The notes beneath the pieces were generated by a model. It was not told where the DNA came from. It did no database searches and was given only the letters and a program-made list of their open reading frames with translations. From Owenia fusiformis (Eukaryota): a stretch of DNA of 64,000 nt. Below are positions 14,456 through 27,900 of the stretch, piece by piece. The position numbers and the translations under genes were made by a program. Each line of letters opens with the position of its first letter. Positions within the stretch are counted from its first letter, which is position 1. The stretch covers positions 47,492,001-47,556,000 of the forward strand of contig CAIIXF020000001.1 in the NCBI GenBank assembly GCA_903813345.2. The letters run 5' to 3'.

Positions 14456-17400
14456 TAAGCGTACATACAATATGCTTATATGTAAAGTATCTCTCCCAGA
14501 TACATTAAAAAGCATATTTGTATTTGGTTCTTTACAGATGCTGCTATAACACGAAGAACCTGATATTGAAAAGTGGTCATGAAATAGAAGTCAAGAATTC
14601 AAACAAATTCTATCCAGATTTTCATGAAAAGAGAAGATATATGTACCCTTAGAAACAATTGATTAACTTGCTCCAATACGAATGCTTTCACGAATATTGA
14701 TTAAGTCATGCAGATATGTAATAAATGCCAAACTGGAATGTCCAAAAGATAACTAGACATAGCGAGAAACATCAAAAGGAAATACCAGTCATAAGGAAAA
14801 CAGAAAGCCCCAACAACCCAAACTACTTTCGAACACAGAAATCCCTCAACTGTTGATAGGTTTAGATCAAATGGTACCGATCAAATGATGGGTGGCTATG
14901 TCACCTCGTTTTCTTTTCGGTCCTAAAATGTTGCAAAACAGAAGTAGAAACAAGAATGGATGGGTATCGGAATGTCGATCAATGACAGACCAGGCTTCAC
15001 TGCTCAATGCAATCTGTTTGCTCACGAGTCTTCGCTCCAGCACTTCTTGAGTAAATCAAATTAGATTTGTTACAGGATATCGTTAACATATACGTGACAC
15101 TTCTTATTAAAAATATCCTATTAAATAGAAAAAATAAAATAATAATTTCATCAATTAAAACGCATTTCCTTATTTGAAATTGACCAGGTGTATCTATCAT
15201 GCATAGAATATCTCGAGGCAATGAAAGTGTATATTTTCTGTACAAAGATGCTTAAATGTAGCGTTAAACCAACGTTTTGGCTTTAGAAACCTATACCTGC
15301 AAGTACCTCTCGATTATCTCGCACCAATACACTGAAAGAAATAACTTATAATATGTTTGTATTGATTGTTTGTTCAACTGATAGAAAACGATTTGTCTTA
15401 TATTGAAGAAATAGTACACGGGGTTACTTTGGCAAGTATAAGAAGTTTTAACAATCTGTGGCATATTGCTTTTTAATCAATTCTACTGTATAAGTATGTG
15501 TGTCTGAAGAACTATGAAGGCGGACCGTTTAAAAAGAAACAGTGGGTATACCCTGGGATGAAGAGTCTTCTTTCTAAAAGATTTCCAAGCAAGTAACATG
15601 CATAGATATTCAATATGTCTCAGTTGCATAAACTTGTACGTATGACTATAAACGTCCCTAGAATTCAGAGACGGGTACATTACAGAAAATATTATGAATC
15701 CGATGTAAAATTTCATATAATTGTAAACCAAAGCATTAGTCGTAGTTGAGAAGATAGGCACTGAAATCAGCTGCCAACTTGAAAATCAATTTCTTTAACC
15801 TTTTGTAGATAAGTACTCAAATGAAAAACACGAAGTGACTTTATAGGATGTAAATTATATGCATTTTAAAGATGCGACTAAACAACTTGGTGAAAAGGCA
15901 AAGAACGAATTAATTTTACATTTTACCTACTTCGCACGTGTTGCAGAAATTAGAAATTGGTTGGTCAAGGAAATTAATTAAAATATTTTTACATCAATTG
16001 ATGCATTTGTTTTTATATAAATAGAGGTTGACAAAGAGTATCAACACGCCACTCCCAAAGAGTAAATCTTAAAATACAACAATGTGATGTGATGACAGGC
16101 GTGCAAATTTATCTTCTCTTTTAGAAGGACCACATGGCCATCAATACCAAGGCTATAAGACTTTATGTGTCTGATATCATTGGACTGTCTAAACTACTGA
16201 TCGTAAAATCATCATCCATTGATACGTTGTCTTTGATGATGAAGAAGTTCTGTTTTCGATTTGCTTTCTCTCGTCATAAATAATCGTCTATTCTAGATAA
16301 ATGTTCTTTTGGATAAATTAATGATTGAAAAATTAGTTTTTATTCATAGCTAAACAAGATATAAGCGAGTCTATACTGTACAATATATCAAGTTAGCTAT
16401 TGTAAGAGATGGAGCGCGAACCTTTCCCAGCTGTTTTCCTGACCGGTGTAAAAGAAATTATGGTCCCCTGGGGATTATGGTCCCCTTTCTTAACCCTTAC
16501 TGGCCCTGATTGTGGATACGATAATAAGGGAAAGAGTTGTATTTAGGTCACCATATAAATCAATGGAAAGTAGGACCATAATTTGATAGGACCTCCTACC
16601 CTTTTACACCTGGCCTTTCGTACTCCCCCCCCCACCTCTCAACCACCACTCTCTACGGCTGAGGCCCAGGTATATATATATATTACTTTAGTAATTAATA
16701 AAAAATCAGTCTTATTCTTATACATGTAAGTATTCTATAGTAAAAGATATAATATACATGTACACCATGCATTACCAACTCAGTACACTAGGGGACTTTT
16801 TAAACATTTTTTAACGTATTCCTGGGCCTCGGCTCTACGGGCTCCCCAACGGTGACCAGTCATGATAGCATATATATGAGTTAAGCACTTTTAGATGTGG
16901 TGATATTACTAAACAAGTTGTTTGAAACTTTGATTTATTTCAACAAATATGGCAATATATGAGTATTATAAGTGATAATTACAACCATATGGTCCACTTA
17001 TGAATATATTTACAAAACATCCGCACATTGAATGAAGTTGAACGAAGAGGCTGTGTGAAAAGTGACAAGTACCACACAATAACGTGCCAACTTAACAGGT
17101 AACCACACCTGGCTTGCTTTAGACACCGATGACTTCCTATAATAACACGATTATCATTTCTAATTTAAAGTTGATGCGACTTTTATTCGACTGAATTTGT
17201 CTATGATCGGCCAATGATTCCGCCTCTTTGAATTCAGCAAGAGCAGCTCGATTTCTATGAGCCAAATTAAACACCCCTTTCATATGTGTAAACAAAGCAT
17301 TATCACACGGTCGAGGAATTAATTCACTTGGAATTTATTGACAGTCACGCAGAAGTAGCAATAAAATATTGAAGATTTGTCTCAGAATATGAATAGAGAT

Positions 17401-17910
17401 GCATTAGTTGGACATCTAACATTTGAATAGTGCGTTCGTCGAGTAAACCTCCACCTCACAGATCCGCCCAAATGAGATTCCGTGTGGGAAATTAACAAAC
17501 ATCGTAATCATTAACATGATACATCACATCTTGTCAAATTATGACATTTTTCGTGTGTTTACAATCTTACATTTTCTCGAATTCACACGAAATGTCAAAG
17601 TTTTGTTGATTAGACAGAGCTAACAAAATCAAGATGTCTTGTGAATCAAGATGGAGAAATGTATCACTATATAAAGGTTTTAACGCGTTCGTTGGTCTTT
17701 TTGTTTCCTAACCAGTGTGTTTGAACCTTGACCAGTCCAAACAGCACAGTAAAAAAGTAGTTCAGGAACAGAACATGTAAAATGATGGAAGTAATATTTT
17801 CAAAAAGCAATCCTTATTCTATTTTCTAAAAAAAAATTGAGATATAGCTAATCAATATAATTGTTATTGAATCTAAGGTTTTCATTTTTGGCAGATAACC
17901 TTCAAAATCG

Positions 17911-18064
17911 AAGGTTTGTGGATATAGGGATGATCCTTGTGGGATCCACAGCTTGAATTATCCGTTGGAATACATCTCTCCCATTGTTTCAAGGTTTGTG
18001 GATATAGGGATGATCATTGTGGGATCCACAGCTTGAATTATCCGTTGAAATACATCTCTCCCAT
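17911..18064. repeat. Tandem duplication, 2 copies, 80-bp period
   Basis: AAGGTTTGTGGATATAGGGATGATC...TACATCTCTCCCAT starts at 17911 and again at 17991, nearly identical. Confidence 0.9.
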
Positions 18065-21000
18065 CGTAATTAGGTAGGGGCTCTGATAAATCAGAATGGG
18101 ATGACATGGAATAATGAGAGCAGAAGTTGTGACATTTTTTCGAAACTTACACTAGTGACTCTCGGCCACTCTCGGCTATATTTCATGAAACCATTGGAAA
18201 CATATATACAAATCAAAACCGGTCATTTCTTTAAAACGTTTGAATGGTCCGATGTAACAAAGTAAAATTATGTCACGGTACAATTGCTACGTCAAACTTA
18301 TGATTGATCATCGTCCACAGATACTCACCTCGGGTAAATCTGAATGTCATATCTAAGATAATTAGCCTCAAACGGCACCAACTCACGACAGATGATGTAA
18401 TGTCACCCTTTAGGCATTCTTTGACACCAGCTGAAATCGTGGATGGCGCGCGCTTTCTAATTATTGTCACATTATCATGAAAGGATCTAAGCGTTCATAT
18501 GAAAACATATGTAACCAGTGAAGGAACTGTGACTTGTGGGACCGCCTCCTTTGTACAAATAATATGACTGGAGTTCATTTTGGGTACGCTGTATGACCTA
18601 CAAAGGCTAAATTTATGGAATCGGCGATCTCATACTAGATTATGGTCAAACGGAAAGGCATAATTAATCGGAAAACTTGCTTTTATCGAAATGAAAAAGT
18701 CTCCAATGATGCCGTTCAGCATTGCTCATTTAGTTGGGACGATTTCTGTAAAAAGGCCTTTTGAATAATTTAATTATTCCTGTTCGAATGGGCAAATATG
18801 TTTTCTAATTAAAATATGCCCTGCTGTTTCTGAAACAATTCATCAACATTTTATGTTTATATTCCTTAGAATCTAAAATATTATAAATTTGTTTGAATTG
18901 AAAAAAAACTTATTGAAAAAAACAAATTGTCAAATAGAAATATGGTCAAGCGTATGGTAGACAATGAAGAGAAAAGATTTATGCGCTACTAAACGGTGAT
19001 GAATGGAACCACCGTTGTGAAGAAATCCCCCTAAACAATTGGCACCAGCAGAGAGTATGGCAATATTTACCGTATTCACGTAGAGTGACCAATGCGGTGA
19101 ATTGATACCGTCATTAGAAGAACAAACTCGAAGGCAGTTTTGGTCATCGCTTTCATTACTGTGTTATTAGTAATCTGATATCATATTCAAAATTTTATCA
19201 AATTTCAAATAAATGGAATATGAATTTTCAGTGAAACAAAAGATATTATTTTGGTTTAAATTCTTTTGATAATTTGTCTTTCAAAACGGTAGAAGTAAAA
19301 CTCATGCTCGCATCTCGGACTTCTGTATTTAGTTTTTGTTAGTTTTGTTAAAGTTTTTACCGTGGTTAATGAAATGGTCATGATTCAATGGGAAAGTTCC
19401 TCAAAAATACGTTAGAGTTCCTATATGGAGAAATGAATAGTATTTTGCTATTTTAACATATCAGCACGTACGTCATTAGTGTAAATATCCCTATACCCAT
19501 TCACAAAATTCTACCTCGGGATTAGGTGAGAAAACGCAATTATCTGGATATCTCAAAAGAAAGTATCAAAGAAATCAACATTTACAAAACAAACGCCAAT
19601 TGTGTTAAAGAAATGATTTAATTTAGGTTAGAAGTTTGTTTTGTCAAGGCGCGTGTTAATCCATAGTCGCGACTTCTTTGAACCAGCATACATCTTTAAA
19701 GGTAGCTCAAGAACTAATTTGGCTTTAAATACCATAGATAAAACAGGTGGATAATAGTTTCTTGATCTACACACGGGGGTGTGTTGACATAAGGACGCCC
19801 GGCAACAAGTTTCGTTGTTCCCACAAGCGCATGCACTTGATCGTTGTCAGCCGTTTGACCACTGGTCACATACTAATCCCATAGTGTTTGGCAAGGGTAA
19901 CCAAAGTCGTGTATATTTCACTGGAATTGCAAACAAATATAAATTAAACTTTCCAAAATGTAATTAATTATCCGTGTGGTGAATGTAGGTTTTATTGAAA
20001 CTAAAGATTTGGAATTAAATTCTTGGTTCGGAAGTTCCTTATGCGTTCTGTGGTAGGCCGTAGGGAGCCCACCTCGGCCTGACCAGCATTAGCGTTGTCT
20101 ATAGCTATCGTCTGTGGTTTCCTCACGGGTTAACTCAGAGGACACTTCAACGATGTAATGGGGCTCGACGTGTCACCTAGCGGTTTTATATAATAACTTC
20201 TCATAATCAGGACACTTGCAAATAAAACCTCAAATTATAATGGCCAAAAATATAGATATGTAAGATGAGCGGCTGAGAAAATCAAACAATTTTTATTAAA
20301 GTTAAGACTGGCGTGTTAATTGGGAACTGAAAACTTATGGCAATTGACAGTGTTGGGTTATGTGTCAAATTCAATGAGGTCTTTTAGGCATTCTGTATTT
20401 ACATTCACCATATCAAAGCACTACTCATGACATATCGCTTTCACATTAGAAATTATAATTACTATCCTACCTGTACAATACTTTGAGTTTTAAGTGTCCT
20501 ATTTCTCATAATGTTCAAATTGCTTGTAAGCACAAAGGGGGACTTTGAAGTTCTATTACTAATACAAGAATATATGTCACATTTGCTATGATCAAAACTA
20601 ATCTAAAGTGCAGATATTTGAGAACATTTGAAGTTTCAAATATTTCATGACATTTATCTCTGTTAATTCAATCTGCAAACGTTGGCTATAAATTACTTTG
20701 CATAGCATTTTTAGAAATGGCATCCTTTTTTATAGTATTAGTAAAGAGTAAAGACGTACATGTATTCCCTTGAGTATCTATATTAAGTTCTTCAAATAAG
20801 TTTATACTTTATCAACATTAATGACTTGATGATAGATATTGTTTTAGTGTCTGCTTTTGGCGTTGTAATCTGTAACAGCCTGTTACAAAATTGTTAATGC
20901 AAGCAGGTAGATTTTTATTGTGACAGTAATGTGATACTATATATATATACATGTACATCGGATCATGTAAGGGCCTGCTAAAAATTACAACTATAAAAGT

Positions 21001-21988
21001 GTTCATCACCAATAATACTTCGATGCTCGAGAATTCCATTACAAGGGATAAACAAAATGGTTAAACAATTCTCAATGAGAGATCTGCTGAACCAAATAAT
21101 TGAAGAGACTTAAAACGACCTGATGAATCAAGAGACTTAAAACTACCTGCTAAACATACGGAATGGAAGATACTTAAAATGATCTGCTGAATCAAGATTC
21201 TTACAAACTACATGTACTACTGAATCAAAAAGAGAGATTTTGAAATGACAGTCTGGAAACATGCAGTGTCTTCAAAGTTGTCAGCATTAATAAAAGATGT
21301 CGCAGCAGAAGAAATACATTTTCAGCGACATGGATATACTGAGATGACATCTTTACATAAATGCAAACATATTTTTTCAAAATCCTCCAAACCTTTCTAA
21401 AAACTATGAGCTTTCAAGAAAAGCCCGTGTAAAAACAAAACAAAACATTCAGTTCCATTCCATAGGTTCACATTTGGTTTGCATGTTTTATTCTAAAATT
21501 GCACATTTTAATATCATAACTGATGCTACTTTGTCCCCACGTCCCTTAAGGCTTATAGGGCTTTTTTATTCTCCTTGGGCCTGGTACTTAATCTTGGCTC
21601 TCATTTGGGATTTGCCCCTTAATAACCTGCAACCTACAGCACATGTATATTCATATATACTTTTCTTGAATAAGAGAATAAACAAGCCTAGTCAATCTTT
21701 ACACTCGGTATTTGGGCCTAGTACATTAGGCTATGAATAAAAAAAATAGAAGAGATATACATTTTTGATCCTGATTCCTGATAAGTCCTAAATGACCCGA
21801 AAAATAGCTGTCACGACCCTGTCCCTAGTGTTCTGATTGGTAAAGGCTAGATCAATGATTAGCTTTACCTTAAAAGAATATATCGTCGATTTTATTTACT
21901 CAAAACCGTAAGCAGCAGGCTATTTTGGGTAGCAAAAGACCAAGATCCCAGTACCATGATAGCATGTAATTCATGAGGAAAATCCAAA

Positions 21989-24900
21989 CTAAGAAGTGTC
22001 TACATTGAAGGACACTACATCACTCAGTTTATCAAATCCTTCAATACCACATTTTGCTCCTGCAATTTTACATCCATAAGTTATAGAATCCTTCAACGAG
22101 TGTCCCTTACTGAGAGCTGATATAGTTGCTGCATTGAAAGTATCTCCAGCTCCAAGAGTATCAATGACTTTAGGTGGTGGAAATATTGCACTTGTTACAG
22201 GTGAGCTGTCTTTAGTGATGGCAATTGCACCATCCTCACTCCAGGCACATATGACACTAGCACTGGAATAACACGTCAAAATTGGTATTTCTCTACATAC
22301 TAGTAACATAAAGGACGATTCTCGGTTTGGAGAACAGTCTCCTGGGCTAATAATTTTTTTCATGAAAAATATAGAAATATTACCCAAATTAAATTATGGA
22401 TATTCAAAAGAAGACATTTAAATCTACAAGATGTAAAAATAACAACTTGGTTTGAAGCATGGATAACGCTCAATTAGACCGATTCAATAAAATACAAGTC
22501 TCGATTTGAGGAAACAAGTTCATCAGTGTGCTGCGCTCATATTTTTTTGCGAAAAATCTAGAAATATTACCCAAATTAAACTATGACTATTCAAAAGAAG
22601 ACATTCAAATCTATGTTATGTAAAAAAAATCAAATTTGTCCGAAGCAGGGATAATGCTCATTTAGGTTGATGAACTTCGTTCTCCAAACCGAGAATCGTC
22701 CTTTATTGTCTATTTTGAGAGGAATTCATTGCTCATTCATTGCTCTATAGCAATGTACCATACAGGTAGTATATCAAATGAAAGTAAACTTTCAATCTTA
22801 TGACTTTTTGATGTTAAGAAATTGAAGGCTACAAAATCTCTTCTTCATAAAAATCACTATACATGTACATGGTGGTCAAAAAAACTGGAAACCCTTACAC
22901 CATTTTACCTTATATCTTTATTATTTTAAGAATTAACTTTGCACATTTGTACATCACTCAATTTCCTACCAGTCTACCATATTTTATGACCATCTGATTG
23001 ATAGTCACCGTGTTACAGCACTTTAAAGAACAATCCAGGTGGCCATTATTGCGCCGAAGACCAACCTGCACATGTCGTCCAAAATGTCCCAACCTATGGG
23101 GATATGGCAGAGATAGAGTGTATAATAATGACCCCAGGACACTTGCAGGCCTCAAAAGTGAGATCATCTGTATCATTCAGGCCATACCTGCTGAGGAATG
23201 CATTTGGATCATTGACAACTGTGCAGGTTTGCCTCCAGCGCGATGATGGCCAAACCTGAAGCATGTTGTTCAAAGTGCTGTAAAATTGTGACTTATCAGT
23301 CTGATTGTCATGAAATATGGTAGGGTGGTAGGGAATTGAATGATTTACAAATGTGTGAAATATCAGGGAGTAATTTCTCAAAATGACAAAGATATGTTGA
23401 AAATGCAGGGTTTCTGTTTTTTTACCACCCTGTATTATGAAATCCAGACTGAACCATTTTCAAACCTACATGTACACAGAAAGCTTTCAAACTGCAAATC
23501 AAAAGTTTTATGCACCACAATATTTCAGAATAAAGCTGATTTATACAGATTTAGATCTTAGAAACAACAAATATACATGGGACTTTTATCATGAAATTTG
23601 TCATCACTGTACAATAGTTATGTACAATAGTCATATACAATTGTGTACAATAGTCATATATTTTAAACTTTTGAACCATTAATATGTGTCTATGCACTCC
23701 ATCAGAAGTACATGTATGAGTCAAAAAGCCAGGTCATATGAATTATAGTATAATTGGTAGATGTTTTTCACTTAACATAACAAGGTAGTCAAACACATTG
23801 ATTATTCATTAACTCTGAGTTCAACCCTCTTAAATGGCCATAAATACACATACATGTAGATGTTCACATCTCTGAGTGAACTTCATATTCAAACCTGATA
23901 TCTATTAATAATTGTAGATATAAATTTTCAATTAATTAGCTATCGTTTTTGTATTTATCTTTTACAATTAATATTGAAAGGTGTTATTCTCACTTAAAAT
24001 ACACAACATGGACCAGGGCCAAGTAGATAAAGCGTGACAGAACATGTACACTATAGTGATCCTCTTTGGCCAGTAAGACATACATATTCTTATGCCATCC
24101 AACACTTTAGCAAATAAGTCATCATTTCTGTTGAAACCATTTAGAACAGTATATAAATGCCAAATGGATACTAGCAGACTTTTTCAAGCACAATACAATG
24201 TATAATGTTTTTATAAGTTTTACTCAAATCAATGAATGACTAATAATAGTATTTCGAATGGCACATACTGTAGCCCTCATGAGTTGTTTAAGTATCCCCC
24301 TCCCTTTGGCCGGGTTAATGTAGAAAATTCCACATTTTTTTGTTTTATTCCAACAATTACACAGGCTGGTATCGAAAGATTTGTCCGCTGTGACGGAGCA
24401 TGCTATTTTTCATAAAAACACTAAGAATGCTTCACAATTTATTTTTTAACTCATATGTTTCGTTATATATCAAAGATAATTACTTACTCCATGCAATGGA
24501 TATATCATTTGCGTGTAACCTCCACTTCTGTTTGAAGTCCAATAACGCTAGGAGTAAAATCTATTGAAAACGGCGCCAGAGTATCTAACTCTAAAATGTA
24601 CCATTTCTTTTTTAACTTTTTAATGGCATGATATAGTGACACGATAATATTAACATATGTTTTCAGCTTAACTCTGAATGTATTAATGAGATATTAATGC
24701 ATTGGGTCTTTTAATTTTTTTTATAAAAAAATAATATTAATATTTTTTGTCCTCTGTGACGGAGCATTTTCACAGTTCACATTTGCAACTGCTCCATCAC
24801 AGCGGACAGAAAAATTAAACAATATTTTTTATAAAAGAATTAAAAAGACCAAATACATCAACATCTCATTTATACCTTCATAGTTATGCTAAAACCATAT

Positions 24901-27900
24901 GTAAATATTATCGTGTCGCTATATCGTGCCATTAGAAAGTTAAACAAGATATGGTACATTTTGAAGTATGATACTCCGGCGCTATTTTCAATAGCTTTTC
25001 TTCCCAGCGTAATTGGACTTCAAACAGAAGTAAAAGCCACCCGCAAATGTTATATCCATTGCATGGAGTAAGTAATTTTGTATGGTATAACGAAACATAC
25101 TAGTTAAAAAGTAAATCGTGAAGTATTCTTAGTGTTTTTATGAAAAATAGCATGCTCCGTCACAGCGGACAAATATTTCGATACCAGCCTGTGAATTAGT
25201 ACATTCAATACAAAAGTCACTACATTCAATATATTATTGAAAATGCCACAATAAACAGCTTGAGATATCTGTAAGGGATATGAGAACTATACTAACCTTG
25301 GCTTGATTTTACTGACAAAGAACTCCACTGCTTGCTCCTTGCTTTTAAGGCCATGAAATTGGGCATGTTCCTTACTGATGAAAAGGTAATCTGGGAAGGT
25401 TTCTATGGGAGCTACAATTAATGACAGGAAAAAAATAAAACAATTCATAGATTAATGAAACAAATGGCCATGAGATTTCAGTGATGTTTGATAATGGCTA
25501 TATACATAATGTAAATGGTAATTGCAGCATACAAAAAGTCACATAGAGGGGCCCGATGCCTATTGCTGATCCTAAAGTGCACCAAGATTGATCCAAACCC
25601 TCTCTATTATACACTGGTCTTAAAATATGGTAGTGCATGTACTATGTGCTTTCTAGAAAATACTTATTCAGATTTTTCCTCAGTTTGATGGCAGAATGTT
25701 GCAGGCTGTCAAAGAATGAATGTTAGTAAAGGATTTGGAGTCTTTAATGTAAGAGACAGAGTCCTTTCAATCTTTATTTATCAATCATATAATATCATAC
25801 ATTGTGTGTTAAATAATGGATATGGTAACATCCAGGGTAATTTTGGCACTGTATAAAAATCTCAACCAAAAATGTAAACAAATAAATCAGGAACAGTTTA
25901 AATGTTTAAATGGCAAGCGGAATTTAGCTTAAATCATTTCATTCATCATAATAATAAAAACAACTTGTTTATCTAAAGTACAGTAAAACCTGTACAGTAC
26001 ACATGCATATCCCAACACCTCACTAATCTAGATACCTCTTGATGAATAAAACTGTTTTTCCGATCCCATTATACTAATTTGATTTGCTAATTTACTTCCA
26101 TGTTTAAAAGTGTTGAAATGTGAACACCTGCCAATCTGAACACTTTCGGCTGGGGTGGCGTTAGATTAGACAGGTTTTAATATTCAGTACACAACACTGC
26201 ATGATTAAATCAAACCTTTTGTCATTGGAATTGACTTTATTTTGAAGAAGTTGATTTGTTGATGATGACCTTGACATTTAAGAGGAAGTGAAAAGCAGAA
26301 ATATGATCCCTAAAAGCCAACATAAAGGCATATAAAGCATATGATGTCCAGAAGTAATATATACCTCTATAACCCTTTCCAGTTTTCACCAAGGAACTAG
26401 TGAAAAGGGCCAATTTTGTGTGTGTATTCTGCAGGATTTATTTGAAGTTTTAGATACCAAAAAAATTGTTAATGACAACAATTTTGTGAAAGCTATTTGT
26501 GCAGTCATTGAAGTACATGTACTAGTGCCATCTGTTGAAAACAAAATAAAAGCAAACTAAAACAATCAGTGGGGGACTTTTTAGGGAGGATTTCCTACCA
26601 GAGAGCTGTTGAAACTCAAAAAGTTAAAAGGTAAGCTAATTATTCATTGGGTCCATGACAAATTCTGATCATGACTGAACTCTTCTGAATGGAATACTGG
26701 AATGAGTGCTAAATAAAAAATATTATAGACATTTTTTTATTTTGATCATTTACATTGTTCTCTTAAAATCCCATAATTAAACTATACAACTTACAAAATT
26801 CTCTCTTCTTTTCAAACTCCACAGAGGTGACTATTCTGGGTTGATTTACTCCAAGGGATTTATTGTATGTTTCTACATGTTGAAGCATTCCAACAATCTG
26901 ATCAGTGTTTGGACGTCCCTGTAATACAAACCCAACATCAGAATGGCAATCAGTAATAGCCTATACAGGTCTTAGTTCAGAGTATCATTTTTCAACAGAA
27001 TGTAAAGCCAGTTTCTTAAATTACAATGTCTTAAACTAAAGGAGAATTATAGACAAACTACATGTGCCCTGTGCATGTACTGATTATGTATATATTATTC
27101 TATCTTATATCAATAGTTGGGGAGCAGTTGATAAAACCAGAGTTTTCTTTTAGAAAAAGCATTTGACATTGGGTTTGAGATAATGTGACTAAAAATACAA
27201 AAACGTTTAATGAATAGTGGAATGGTGGAAGGGAGAATTTAATTCTGCTGAAAAACAAACATTGATATTTTTACCTGGTCCTTAAGATTTTCCAAGATAC
27301 AAATTGAGAAACATATGAATTATAATGGTTTGATTTTACTCTCTAGTGTTATTTGATAATGCATGATTACCTCAAAATGAATCCATTTTATCCCTGAATC
27401 CAATGGAAACTGTTTAAATTCTTCACAGCTAAGCTCTGGTAAGTCCCTGCAAAATTAGAAAATTCCTGTTACACTGTACCTATTTATTGCCACATTTTCC
27501 ACCAAAGCTATGACTCTACCCTACCATGTGACATCATTTAAAAGGGATACAGGCTACAGTGAAGTTCCAAATAGAGCTGGTATTCTTTATCTTTGTCTAT
27601 GGTTTTTTTTGGGTAATAATACATAATAATAATACATAATAAACATCCTCCATTTGCAACTTCACTGTAGCCTGTATTCCTTTTAAAGAGATACAGGCTA
27701 CAGTATGGGGGTATGGTACAGTGTATCACAATATTCATGTTTCACTATATATAAATGTACATGTACAATACATATACAGTACTTGCTAAAAATACACTTA
27801 ATATGGTTTCCCTGTACCTACTTGTTGTGATGCAGAATTGTTCTTGATCCATTCTGTTGGTTGATGATGCATATAGAGGTTGGTGCAGAGCAGTCAGCTT

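Noticed and set aside
22263..22387. N-terminal part of ORF 21989-22387
   Set aside because: It is intron and MITE sequence upstream of the acceptor at 22263-22265.
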